This document shows positions 25,993 through 35,488 of a stretch of DNA of 64,000 nt, in pieces. The DNA is taken from positions 854,760 through 918,759 of the forward strand of contig OZ253457.1 in NCBI GenBank assembly GCA_965261285.1. Reading direction: 5' to 3'. Both the position numbers and the translations under genes were made by a program. The stretch's first letter is position 1. Every line of letters begins with the position of its first letter. Below the pieces are notes generated by a model. That model was not told the origin of the DNA and did not search any database. It saw only the letters and a program-made list of their open reading frames with translations. The DNA is from Vicinamibacterales bacterium (lineage in GTDB: Bacteria > Acidobacteriota > Vicinamibacteria > Vicinamibacterales > UBA8438).

Positions 25993-27549
25993 TCATCTGG
26001 CGTAGTCCACGGCCCGGGTCTCGCGGATGACCGTGACCTTGATCTGGCCCGGGTACTGCAGCTCGTTCTCGACCCGCTTCGCGATGTCCTTCGACAGCCA
26101 GACCGCCTCTTCGTCGCTCACCTGCTCGCTCTCGACCATGATGCGGACCTCGCGGCCCGCCTGCAGCGCGAACGCCTTCGAGACCCCGTCGAACGAGTCG
26201 GCGATGCTCTCGAGCTGCTTGAGGCGCTTGATGTAAGACTCGAGGATGTCGCGCCGGGCGCCCGGCCGGGCGGCGGAGATGGCGTCGGCGGCCTGCACCA
26301 GCATCGACTCGAGCGACGGCCAGTCGATGTCCATGTGGTGGGCGGCCATGGCGTCGACGACCGCCTCCTTCTCGCCGTGCTGGCGCAGGAAGTCGATGCC
26401 GAGCGTGAGGTGGGTGCCCTGCAGGTCGCGGTCGATGGCCTTCCCGATGTCGTGCACGAACGCGCCCCGGATCGTCGTGTGGGCGTCGAGCCCCACCTCG
26501 CGGGCCATGATGCCGGCGAGGTACGCGACCTCCTTCGAGTGGCTCAGCACGTTCTGCCCGTAGCTCGTGCGGAACTTCAGCTTGCCCATCAGCCGGTGAA
26601 TCTCGGGGTGCATGTCGAAGAGCCCGAGCTCGAACGCCGCCGCCTCGCCCTCCTTGAGGGCCAGCTCCTCCTGCTCGACCCTGACCTTCTCGACGACCTC
26701 CTCGATGCGGGCGGGGTGGATGCGGCCGTCCGCGATGAGCCGTTCGATGGCCTGCTTCGCGACCTCGCGGCGAAACGGGTCGAAGCTCGACAGGATGATG
26801 GCGCCGGGGGTGTCGTCGACGATCAGCTCCACCCCGGTGGCCTGCTCGAGGGCGCGGATGTTCCGGCCCTCGCGGCCGATGATGCGCCCCTTGAGGTCGT
26901 CGCTGGGCAGGTCGACGACCGAGACGGTGGTCTCGATGGTGTGCTCGGGGGCGCTGCGCTGGATGGCCTGGGTGATGATCTGCCTCGCTTTCTCGGCCGC
27001 CTGCTCGCGGGCCTCGGCCTCGAGCCGCTTGACGAGGTTGGCGGCGTCGCGGCGGGCGTCCTGCTCGATCTGCCTGATGACGAGCTCCTTCGCCTCGTCG
27101 GCGGTGAGGCCCGAAACCCGCTGCAGGGCCTGCTGCTGCTCGCGGATCAGCTCGTCGCAGCGGCGGCGGTCCTCGGCGAGGGTCTCGTCCCGCGCGTCGA
27201 GCTGCTGCTGTCGTTCCGCGAGCGCCGCCTCGGTGCGCCTGGCCTCGCGGTCCTCCTCGGTCAGCTCCTGGGCGCGGCGGGTGAGCTGTCGCTCGACCGA
27301 CTCCAGCTCGTCGCGCCGCTCCTGGCTCTGACGCTCGCTCTCCTGCGTCAGCGTGTGGGCCTGCTCCTTGGCCGCGAGCTCCGCCTCCTTCCGGTAGGCG
27401 TCGGCCTCCCGGCGGGCGTCGTGCAGGAGGCGGTCGGCCTCCTCTTTCGCCCGACCGACGGTGCGGGCGGCGCGTTCGCGGCTCAGGAACCAGGCGAGAC
27501 ACACGACGACGACGGCCAGGATGATGCCCGCGGTCGAGACAAGGTCCAT
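25993..27549 (-). CDS. rny: ribonuclease Y
   Basis: N-terminal TM, coiled coil, KH domain (KGRIIGREGRNIR), HD domain (HDIGKA), QAGREVRIMV, YPGQIKVTVIRETR. Confidence 0.98.
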   Translation of the reverse strand: MDLVSTAGIILAVVVVCLAWFLSRERAARTVGRAKEEADRLLHDARREADAYRKEAELAAKEQAHTLTQESERQSQERRDELESVERQLTRRAQELTEEDREARRTEAALAERQQQLDARDETLAEDRRRCDELIREQQQALQRVSGLTADEAKELVIRQIEQDARRDAANLVKRLEAEAREQAAEKARQIITQAIQRSAPEHTIETTVSVVDLPSDDLKGRIIGREGRNIRALEQATGVELIVDDTPGAIILSSFDPFRREVAKQAIERLIADGRIHPARIEEVVEKVRVEQEELALKEGEAAAFELGLFDMHPEIHRLMGKLKFRTSYGQNVLSHSKEVAYLAGIMAREVGLDAHTTIRGAFVHDIGKAIDRDLQGTHLTLGIDFLRQHGEKEAVVDAMAAHHMDIDWPSLESMLVQAADAISAARPGARRDILESYIKRLKQLESIADSFDGVSKAFALQAGREVRIMVESEQVSDEEAVWLSKDIAKRVENELQYPGQIKVTVIRETRAVDYAR

Positions 27550-27708
27550 GGGTGGTCCCTCGGACCCCGCGGCGGTTGCCGCCGGAGGTCGCGGGGAGCG
27601 CCAGACGAGCGGCGCGGTGGGCAGCCCCTCGACGGGAGGCGCCGGGACGACGGCCCGCCGTGTCTAACGCCGGACCGCCGGACGGCGACGCCTGGAGAGG
27701 TGAGGCGT

Positions 27709-27900
27709 AAGACCCCGCATTGCCGTGTGGGGAGGTCGAATGAACCTGCCAGTAGCAGGTGGAGCCGCTGTCGTGTCAGCCCGCTTCGCTTTGCGCTACC
27801 TCGCGCGGAGGCCTGCACGCCACGAAACGTCGCGGCTCTCTTGGGTATAGCGTTGGCTCAAACGATCCTCCGGGACCATCACGAACACTGCAGGGAACTC
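27709..27900 (-). ncRNA. ssrS: 6S RNA
   Basis: About 190 nt between zapA and rny (known synteny); the ends pair (5' CCCUGCAGUGUUCGUG with 3' CACGGCAAUGCGGGG), giving a long rod. Confidence 0.8.
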
Positions 27901-28048
27901 TCGAATTTCACATGGCTGCCAACTGCCAGCCGACACATGCGGCAGAGCGTGACCGCCTGTCTGAATCGCTCTCGATGCCCAATCTTAGAACGAACCCGGA
28001 CTGCCCGCAAGGCCCGGCCGCCGATTGCCGCCGTCGGGCCCCGGACCG

Positions 28049-28396
28049 TCAGGTCTCGGCGGTCCGCTCGGGCGCGGCATCGGCGAGGGCGTCGTCGACC
28101 AGCCGCTGGATCTCGTCGGTCCGCGTCTTCAGGGCCGCCTCCAGCGAGGTCTCCGTGTCGCGGCTGCGGAAGTACTCGTCGGCGATGTTCATCGCCGCCA
28201 GCACCGCGATGCGCACGGTGTCGCCGCCGGTCGAGTGCTCGGTCGCGGTCTGGATCTTGCGGTCGACGTAGCTGGCCAGCCGGTTGATGTACTCGATGTC
28301 GAGCGAGCTCCGGATCGAGAAGCGCTGCCCCATGATCTCCACCGTCACGATCCGCGGCGCCTCGCCGGTCACGGGCCCGTCTTCGATGTCGGTCAC
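28049..28396 (-). CDS. zapA: cell division protein ZapA
   Basis: VTVEIMGQRFSI...LASYVDRKI...IAVLAAMNIADEYF. Confidence 0.93.
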   Translation of the reverse strand: MTDIEDGPVTGEAPRIVTVEIMGQRFSIRSSLDIEYINRLASYVDRKIQTATEHSTGGDTVRIAVLAAMNIADEYFRSRDTETSLEAALKTRTDEIQRLVDDALADAAPERTAET

Positions 28397-28533
28397 GGTG
28401 GCGGTACTCGGGGGATGGGGGGAGCCGGCGTAGACGGCGCGCGTCCAGGTTCCCGGCCGCCCATCGTCGCCTTCGGCTCGCTGGGCGCCCGACCGGACCC
28501 TTCAGGAACCCGCGCCGTCCACGGCGCAGACGC

Positions 28534-28812
28534 CTACAGGCTGATCTCCTCGATCTGCTCCAGCATCCGCGTGATGCGGTCGCGAATCTCGTCGCGCTCG
28601 GACTGCAGCTCGCGGTGCTGCGTTTCCTGCTGCTCCTCGGCCGCCTGCAGCTTGCCGCGGAGCTCTTCGACCTCGCCCGACAGGCGCGTGTTGTCGTCGA
28701 GGGCCATCTTCAGCTCCTCGCGGGTGGTTCCGAGCACGTCGACGAGGGACTGGACCCGTTCCGCCAACTGCTCGATGGGCTTCAGTTCCAGGGGGGCTTC
28801 CGTCTTCACCAT
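28534..28812 (-). CDS. zapB: cell division protein ZapB-like coiled coil
   Basis: All-heptad 92 aa, ERDEIRDRITRMLEQI, directly upstream of zapA. Confidence 0.8.
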   Translation of the reverse strand: MVKTEAPLELKPIEQLAERVQSLVDVLGTTREELKMALDDNTRLSGEVEELRGKLQAAEEQQETQHRELQSERDEIRDRITRMLEQIEEISL

Positions 28813-28903
28813 GAGCGACTCCTCGTGGCGCGGGCGGCCGTCGTCGATGATTCCGGGACGGCCGCGCGCCGGGCGGTGCCGGGACCGCCCTGGTATCGAT
28901 CGT

Positions 28904-30985
28904 CTAGCGTTGCTTTGCTTGATGGGTTTGCGCGAGCGCCTGCAGCACCGCGTCGGTGCTTCGTTGGACCTCGGTGTCGGTCAGCGTCCGGTCGGGGGCG
29001 CGGAACGTCAGGCGAATCGACAGGCTGACGGCGCCGGCGGCCACCCCCGACCCCGTGTACCGGTCGACCTCGACGACCTCGACGAGGGTCGGCCCGGCCG
29101 CCGCCCGGATCGTGTCACGAACCTGCGCGGCAGGCAAGGCGTCGTCGATCTCGACCGAGAGGTCGCGCGTGACGGAGGGATGACGGGGCACCGGGGCCGC
29201 GCGCAGGCGATCGAACGCGCCGAGGTCGAGTTGCCGCAGATCGAGCTCGGCCACGTACACCGGGTCCGATCCGGGCATGCCCCGCGCCGCCGCGAACGCC
29301 GGATCGAGCTGGCCGGCCTCGCCGAGCACGACACGATCGTCGCCCGTTCCCACGTGCACGCGGGCGCGCCGCCCCGCCACGAGCTGGCCGGCCGGCCCCG
29401 GCTCGAACGACGCCTCCAGGCCGAAGCCGGAGCAAAGCCGGGCGATGACGCCGGTCAGGTCGAAGAGGTCCGCCGGCCGCGAGGGGGCGCTCCAGTGCGC
29501 CGCCGTCCCCGCGCCGGCGATGGCGACGCCGAGGGCCGGGGTCTCTCCGTCGCCCTGGCGGAAGCGGCTGCCGATCTCGAAGAGCCGCACGTCGTGCCGC
29601 TCGCGGCGCCGGTTGTGGACCACGGCGTCGACGAGGCCGGGGACCAGCGAGGGTCGGAGCACGGCGCCGCGCTCCGACAGCGGGTTGCGCAGGGCCACGA
29701 CGTCCCCGGGGGGGTGGGCGGCGCGGGCCGCGGCCTCTTCGACGAACCCGTAGGTGACGGCCTCGGAGAAGCCGGCCCCGGTCAGCAGGCGCCGCACGAG
29801 GCGGTCGCGGGCCCGCCAGGGGCCGGGCGCCGGCGCGGGGCGGGTCAGGGCCGGGAACGTGGTCGGGATCTCGTCGTAGCCGTGGTGGCGCGCGACCTCC
29901 TCGATCAGGTCCTCTTCCCGCTTGACGTCCACCCGGAACGTCGGCACCCGGACGCGCCAGGCGGCGCCGTCGTCCTCCGCCGCGGGCGTCGGCCCGAAGC
30001 CGAGGCGCGAGAGGGTCGGCGCCACGAAGCCCTCGTCGACGGTCTGGCCGAGCACGCGTCCGAGCCGGGCGTGGCGGAGCCGTATCTCGACGGGTGCGGG
30101 CGGGGCGGGAAAGCGGTCGACGAGGGCGCCGCGGGGCGTTCCCGCGCCGATGTCGGCGAGCAGCCGGTGGGCCCGGCGAATCGCGGCGGGCGGCGCCGCG
30201 ACGTCGGCCCCGCGCTCGAACCGGTAGGAGGCGTCGGTGGCGAGGCCCAGCCGCCGGCTCGTGCGCCGCACCGAGAGCGGGTCGAACCAGGCCGCCTCGA
30301 GGACGATGGTGCGGGTGCCGGCCCCGACCTCCGAGGCGGCGCCGCCCATGATGCCGGCGACGGCCTGCGGGCGCTCGGCGTCGGCGATGGCCAGCATGTC
30401 GGGGTCGAGGGTCCGGTCGACGCCGTCGAGGGTGCGGACGGTCTCGCCGGCGCGGGCCCGGCGCACGCGGATCTCGGGGCCGGCGAGCCGGTCGAGATCG
30501 AACGCGTGCATGGGGTGCCCCAGCTCGAGCATGACGTAGTTGGTGACGTCGACGACGTTGTTGATGGGCCGCACCTCGGCCGCCTCGAGCCGCCGCGCCA
30601 GCCACGGCGGCGACGGCCCCACCGTCACCTGCGCGAGGGCGCCCGCGTAGCGGGGGCAGAGATCGGGGTCCTCGATGGTGATGGCGACGGCGTCCCCCGC
30701 CCCGGGGTCGGACTCGGCGGCCGTCGCCGGCGGAAACCGGAGCCCGGTGCCCCAGGCGGTGGCGACCTCGCGCGCGATGCCGAGCACGGACAGGCAGTCG
30801 GGGCGGTTCGTGGTGATCTCGAGATCGAGCACCGCGTCCGGCGCGCCCTCGGGGTCCCGGGGGTCGGCCGGCCAAGGCTCGACCGCGCCGACCTCGAACC
30901 CGCACATGGTCAGCCGGTCAGCCAGCTCGTCGACGCCGACCGGAACGTCGACGAGCTCCCGCAGCCACGACACGAGGACTCTCAA
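28904..30985 (-). CDS. pheT: phenylalanine--tRNA ligase beta subunit (short form, no B2 OB-fold)
   Basis: TTG start overlapping the pheS stop; SWLRELV, LEITTNRPDCLSVLGIARE, NNVVDVTNYVMLELGHPMHAFD, EEDLIEEVAR, FDX-ACB tail. Confidence 0.97.
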   Translation of the reverse strand: MRVLVSWLRELVDVPVGVDELADRLTMCGFEVGAVEPWPADPRDPEGAPDAVLDLEITTNRPDCLSVLGIAREVATAWGTGLRFPPATAAESDPGAGDAVAITIEDPDLCPRYAGALAQVTVGPSPPWLARRLEAAEVRPINNVVDVTNYVMLELGHPMHAFDLDRLAGPEIRVRRARAGETVRTLDGVDRTLDPDMLAIADAERPQAVAGIMGGAASEVGAGTRTIVLEAAWFDPLSVRRTSRRLGLATDASYRFERGADVAAPPAAIRRAHRLLADIGAGTPRGALVDRFPAPPAPVEIRLRHARLGRVLGQTVDEGFVAPTLSRLGFGPTPAAEDDGAAWRVRVPTFRVDVKREEDLIEEVARHHGYDEIPTTFPALTRPAPAPGPWRARDRLVRRLLTGAGFSEAVTYGFVEEAAARAAHPPGDVVALRNPLSERGAVLRPSLVPGLVDAVVHNRRRERHDVRLFEIGSRFRQGDGETPALGVAIAGAGTAAHWSAPSRPADLFDLTGVIARLCSGFGLEASFEPGPAGQLVAGRRARVHVGTGDDRVVLGEAGQLDPAFAAARGMPGSDPVYVAELDLRQLDLGAFDRLRAAPVPRHPSVTRDLSVEIDDALPAAQVRDTIRAAAGPTLVEVVEVDRYTGSGVAAGAVSLSIRLTFRAPDRTLTDTEVQRSTDAVLQALAQTHQAKQR

Positions 30986-32028
30986 TGGGGAAACTGCTCC
31001 AGCAGGCGCAAGTCGTTGTCGTAGAAGAGGCGGATGTCCTCGACCCGGTACTTGAGGAGGGCGACGCGGTCGATGCCGAGGCCGAACGCCCAGCCGGTGT
31101 AGCGCTCCGGGTCGTATCCCACCGCCTCGAAGACGGCCGGGTGCACCATGCCGCAGCCGAGGATCTCGAGCCAGCCGGTCTGCTTGCAGACCGCGCACCC
31201 GTCGCCGCCGCAGAAGACGCAACTGATGAAGACCTCCGCGCTCGGCTCCGTGTACGGGAAGAAGCTGGGCCGGAACATGACCCGGGTGCCGGGGTCGAAG
31301 AACGCCTTGAGGAACCCGACGAGGGTCCCCTTGAGGTCCGCCATCGTGATCCCCTCGTCGACCATCAGCCCTTCCACCTGCATGAACATGGGCGAGTGGG
31401 TCAGGTCGGGGGTGTCGCGGCGGTAGACCAGTCCCGGCGCGATGATGCGCACCGGCGGCTGGTGCCGCTCCATGTAGCGGATCTGCATCCCGGAGGTGTG
31501 GGTGCGCAGCAGGGTCGCCGGGGCGCCCTCGCCGGGCATCGAACCGTCCAGGTAGAACGTGTCCTGCATGTCGCGGGCCGGGTGGTCCGGCGGCATGTTC
31601 AGGGCCTCGAAGTTGTGGTAGTCGTCCTCGACCTGCGGGCCCTGGAGAATCTCGAAGCCCCATGCCTCGAAGATCGACTCGACCTGCTCGCGGATCAGGG
31701 TCAGGGGGTGGCGGCGCCCGAACGGCGCCGCGCGGCCCGGCAGGGTGACGTCCACGGCCCCGGCCGGCCTCGCGGCCACGCGCAGCGCCTTCCGCCGCTC
31801 CTCGAGCGCGTGCTCGATCTCGCGCTTGAGGACGTTGGCCCCCTTGCCGAGGGCGGGCCGGGCCTCGGGGGGCGCGCCCGCCACCTGCTTCATCAGCGCC
31901 GCGACGGCGCCTCGCTTGCGGCCGAGGTAGCGGTCCCGCACCGCCTGCAGATCGGGCTCGGACGCGACCGCCGCGAGGTCCGTCTGGAAAGCGGCGCGGA
32001 TGCCGTCGATGTCGCTCGGGGCGGTCAC
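30982..32028 (-). CDS. pheS: phenylalanine--tRNA ligase alpha subunit
   Basis: [52 protein letters not shown]. Confidence 0.98.
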   Translation of the reverse strand: MTAPSDIDGIRAAFQTDLAAVASEPDLQAVRDRYLGRKRGAVAALMKQVAGAPPEARPALGKGANVLKREIEHALEERRKALRVAARPAGAVDVTLPGRAAPFGRRHPLTLIREQVESIFEAWGFEILQGPQVEDDYHNFEALNMPPDHPARDMQDTFYLDGSMPGEGAPATLLRTHTSGMQIRYMERHQPPVRIIAPGLVYRRDTPDLTHSPMFMQVEGLMVDEGITMADLKGTLVGFLKAFFDPGTRVMFRPSFFPYTEPSAEVFISCVFCGGDGCAVCKQTGWLEILGCGMVHPAVFEAVGYDPERYTGWAFGLGIDRVALLKYRVEDIRLFYDNDLRLLEQFPH

Positions 32029-32393
32029 GGGCGCGCGCTGCGGTCCTGCAGCGCGGCCCGGGCCGCGAGCTGCGCGAAGGCGGCGGGCTCCGCCACCGCG
32101 AGGTCGGCGAGGCTCTTGCGGTCGAGGCCGACCCCGGCCGTCCCCAGGCCGTGCATGAACCGGCTGTAGCTGAGCCCGTGCTCGCGGGCGGCGGCGTTGA
32201 TGCGCTGAATCCACAGGCGCCGGAAGTCGCGCTTCTTCAGCCGGCGGCCGACGTAGGCGTACTCGGCCGCCTTGTCGCCGGCCTCCTTCGCGGCCCTGTA
32301 GAGCTTGCTCTTCGTGCCGAAGAAGCCCTTGGTGCGCGCCAGCAGCTTCTTGCGCTTTGCGCGCCGCACCGATCCACGCTTGACTCGCGGCAT
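32025..32393 (-). CDS. rplT: 50S ribosomal protein L20
   Basis: MPRVKRG...[17 protein letters not shown]...SYSRF..GL. Confidence 0.99.
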   Translation of the reverse strand: MPRVKRGSVRRAKRKKLLARTKGFFGTKSKLYRAAKEAGDKAAEYAYVGRRLKKRDFRRLWIQRINAAAREHGLSYSRFMHGLGTAGVGLDRKSLADLAVAEPAAFAQLAARAALQDRSARP

Positions 32394-32411
32394 CCGTTCA
32401 ACTCCCTCGAT

Positions 32412-32521
32412 TCCGTCGTTCGGGGGCGGCTCCCGCCCCCCGGTCCATGACGCCCGGACGGGGCCGCCATCCGTCGTTCGGGGCGGCTCCCGCCGCCCGG
32501 TCCATGACCCCGGGCAGGGCC
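32412..32521. repeat. 58-bp tandem duplication in the rpmI-rplT spacer
   Basis: tccgtcgttcgggg(g)cggctcccgcc..cggtccatgac at 32412 and 32470. Confidence 0.85.
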
Positions 32522-32546
32522 GCGCCGCGGCCCCGCCGGGGTTCCG

Positions 32547-32744
32547 CTATCCGTTCGGCAGGAGGCGCTGAACGCGGCGGGTGTCGGCGGCCGAGATCAG
32601 GGCCGACTTCCGGAGGTTCCGCTTCCGCTTGGTCGTCTTGCTCGTCAGGATGTGCTGCTTCAACGACTGGCTGCGCACCACCTTGCCGCTGGCCGTCGTC
32701 TTGAAGCGCTTCGCGGCCCCGCGGTGTGTCTTCATCTTCGGCAT
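32547..32744 (-). CDS. rpmI: 50S ribosomal protein L35
   Basis: [15 protein letters not shown]...HILTSK. Confidence 0.99.
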   Translation of the reverse strand: MPKMKTHRGAAKRFKTTASGKVVRSQSLKQHILTSKTTKRKRNLRKSALISAADTRRVQRLLPNG

Positions 32745-32751
32745 TCTGTCA

Positions 32752-33309
32752 CTAGCTCCCCTGCCCCTTCTTGCCGCCCCCGACGCCGGACAGGATGATG
32801 TGCATCTGGTTGCCCTGCATGCTCGGGTGCGTCTCGGCCGCGGCCACGCCCTCGAGGTCCTCGACGAGGCGATCGAGGATGCGCCGGCCGAAGTCGGGGT
32901 GGGCCATCTCCCGACCGCGGAAGAAGATCGTGGCCTTCACCTTGTCGCCTTCCTTGACGATGCGCTCGATGTGCTTCTTCTTGAAGTTGTAGTCGTGCTC
33001 GTCCACCTTGGGCCGGAACTTGATCTCCTTGAGCTCGATCGACTTCTGGTTCTTGCGCGCTTCGCGGGTGCGCTTCTGTTCCTGGTAGTGGTACCGCCCG
33101 TAGTCCATGATGCGGCAGACGGGCGGCGACGCCGTCGGGGAGATCTCGACGAGGTCGAGCCCCTTCTCCCGGGCGATGGCCAGCGCCTGCGGCGGCGACA
33201 TGATGCCGAGCTGCTGACCCGTGTCGTCTATGACCCGGATCTCGCGCACGCGAATCCGCTCGTTCGTGCGCGTCCGGACCTCACGTCGTTGATTACGAAC
33301 AAAAGCGAT
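32752..33309 (-). CDS. infC: translation initiation factor IF-3 (predicted ATC start)
   Basis: [40 protein letters not shown]; SD AAGGGGGA 4-5 nt before an in-frame ATC. Confidence 0.96.
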   Translation of the reverse strand: MAFVRNQRREVRTRTNERIRVREIRVIDDTGQQLGIMSPPQALAIAREKGLDLVEISPTASPPVCRIMDYGRYHYQEQKRTREARKNQKSIELKEIKFRPKVDEHDYNFKKKHIERIVKEGDKVKATIFFRGREMAHPDFGRRILDRLVEDLEGVAAAETHPSMQGNQMHIILSGVGGGKKGQGS

Positions 33310-33342
33310 AGCGTCCCCCTTGTGAAAGTGGCGCGGGCGGCG

Positions 33343-35283
33343 TCACCGTTGCGTCGCCTGAACGGGGTCGCGGGCTCCCCGCCGCTGCACCTCGTCGCGG
33401 GCGGCGGCGATGAAGTCGTCGACCGGGCTGGCCCCGAGGTCGCCGTCCCGCCGGTGCCGGACGGCTACCGCCCCGCCGGCCGCCTCGCGGTCGCCGGTGA
33501 CCAGCATGTACGGGATCTTTCGGAGCTGTGCCGAGCGAATCTTATACCCCATCTTCTCCTGTCGGGCGTCCACCTCGACCCGCAGGCCGGCCGCGCGCAG
33601 ACGGGCCGCCGCCGACTCGGCGTAGTCGCGGTGGCGGTCGGCGATGGGCACGACGACCGCCTGCACCGGTGCCAGCCACAGCGGGAACGCGCCCGCGTAG
33701 TGCTCGATGAGCAGGGCGATGAACCGCTCGAAGCTGCCGAAGACGGCCCGGTGGATGACGACGGGCCGATGCTCGGCGTTGTCCTCGCCGATGTACTTCA
33801 ACTGGAACCGCTCGGGAAGCTGGTAGTCGAGCTGAATCGTCGCGCACTGCCAGTTCCGGCCGATGGCGTCGACGACGTGGAAGTCGATCTTGGGCCCGTA
33901 GAAGTTGCCCTCGCCTTCCGCGATGCGGTAGTCCTGACCGGCCGCCTCGAGCGCCTCCCTGAGCTGGGCCTCGGCCTGGTCCCAGGTGGCGGTCTCGCCC
34001 AGGAACGTCTCGGGCCGCGTCGACAGCTCGACCGCGAACTCGAGCCCGAAGTCGGCGTAGACCCGCTGCACGAGGCGCAGCAGCCGCTCGACCTCGTCCG
34101 CGATCTGGTCGGGGGCGACGAAGCAGTGCGCGTCGTCCTGGCAGAACTGGCGGGCCCGGGTCAGCCCCGCGAGCACGCCGGACGCCTCGTCGCGGTGCAG
34201 GACGCTCTGGTCGTGGTACCGGATGGGCAGGTCGCGGTAGCTGCGGACCTCGCTCGCGAAGACCAGCATGTGCCCCGGGCAGTTCATCGGCTTGAGGCTG
34301 TAGGTCTCGCCCTCGGACTCGACCCGCAGCATGTTCTCCGCGTAGTGCGCCCAGTGCCCCGAGGTCTCCCAGAGCTGCTTGTTGTAGACGAGCGGCGTGC
34401 GGAGCTCGACGTAGCCCTCCGGGAACAGGGACTCCCGCATGTACCCGGCGAGCAGGTTCCACAGGGTGGTGCCGTGCGCCAGCCAGAACGCGGCCCCCGG
34501 CGCCCAGTGGTGGAACGTGAAGAGCCCCAGCTCGCGCCCCAGCTTGCGGTGGTCGCGCTTCTTGGCCTCCTCCAGCCGGTGCACGTGCTCGGCGAGGGCC
34601 TTCTCGGTGAAGAAGGCGGTGCCGTAGATGCGCTGCATCGGCTGGTTGCGGGCGTCCCCCTTCCAGTACGCGTTCGAGCTCGTCAGCACCCGGAACGCCT
34701 TGAGCGCCCCGCTCGAGGGCACGTGGGGGCCGGTGCAGAAGTCCATGAACACGCCGTCGATGGTGTAGCAGGAGACGACCGGCCCGCCCTTCTCCTCGAT
34801 GAGCTCGACCTTGAGGGGCTCGCCGCGGTCGGCGAAGTAGCGCTTGGCCTCCTCCTTCGGCATCATCTTGCGTTCGTAGGCGAGGTCCTGCCCGGCGATC
34901 TCGCGCATCTTGGCCTCGATGGCCTCGAGGTCCTCGGGCACGAAGGGGCGGTTCACGACGAAGTCGTAGAAGAACCCGTCCTCGGTCGGCGGCCCGATCC
35001 CGCACTGGGCCTCCGGGAAGAGGGCGGTGACGGCGGCGGCCAGGAGGTGCGCGGTGCTGTGCCGGTAGAGCTCGAGGGCCTCCGGGGCGTCACGAGTCAC
35101 GATGCGGACCGGCGCGTTCTCCTCGACGGGATGGCTCAGGTCGACCAAGCGGTCGCCGACGGTGGCGGCCAGCGCCGCCCTGGCGAGGCGGGGCGAGATG
35201 CCCTCGGCGACCGCGCGCACGGGGGTCCCCGCGGGCATCTGCCGCGTGGAGCCGTCCGGGAGGGTCACCGTCACCTGGTCCAT
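33343..35283 (-). CDS. thrS: threonine--tRNA ligase
   Basis: TGS domain, HSTAHLLA, DFCTGPH, RDHRKLG, KPMNCPGH, FYGPKID, WQCATIQLD. Confidence 0.99.
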   Translation of the reverse strand: MDQVTVTLPDGSTRQMPAGTPVRAVAEGISPRLARAALAATVGDRLVDLSHPVEENAPVRIVTRDAPEALELYRHSTAHLLAAAVTALFPEAQCGIGPPTEDGFFYDFVVNRPFVPEDLEAIEAKMREIAGQDLAYERKMMPKEEAKRYFADRGEPLKVELIEEKGGPVVSCYTIDGVFMDFCTGPHVPSSGALKAFRVLTSSNAYWKGDARNQPMQRIYGTAFFTEKALAEHVHRLEEAKKRDHRKLGRELGLFTFHHWAPGAAFWLAHGTTLWNLLAGYMRESLFPEGYVELRTPLVYNKQLWETSGHWAHYAENMLRVESEGETYSLKPMNCPGHMLVFASEVRSYRDLPIRYHDQSVLHRDEASGVLAGLTRARQFCQDDAHCFVAPDQIADEVERLLRLVQRVYADFGLEFAVELSTRPETFLGETATWDQAEAQLREALEAAGQDYRIAEGEGNFYGPKIDFHVVDAIGRNWQCATIQLDYQLPERFQLKYIGEDNAEHRPVVIHRAVFGSFERFIALLIEHYAGAFPLWLAPVQAVVVPIADRHRDYAESAAARLRAAGLRVEVDARQEKMGYKIRSAQLRKIPYMLVTGDREAAGGAVAVRHRRDGDLGASPVDDFIAAARDEVQRRGARDPVQATQR

Positions 35284-35329
35284 GGTCGTCTGGCGTGGTC
35301 GTGCTGTACGGGTGCGGGTGCTACGGAAG

Positions 35330-35407
35330 TGGTAGGCACGGGCGGACTCGAACCGCCGACCTCCTGCGTGTCAAGCAGGCGCTCTAACCAGACTGAGCTA
35401 CGCGCCT
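35330..35407 (-). tRNA. tRNA-Val(GAC)
   Basis: Full cloverleaf: acceptor AGGCGCG/CGTGCCT, anticodon loop TT-GAC-AC, T-loop TTCGAGT, encoded CCA. Confidence 0.98.
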
Positions 35408-35488
35408 AGACAGTCGGGACAAGCCCGGGACACCCCGAAACGTCAAAATATAGCAATCCCCGGACGAATCAGTCAAACGGATGAGGGG

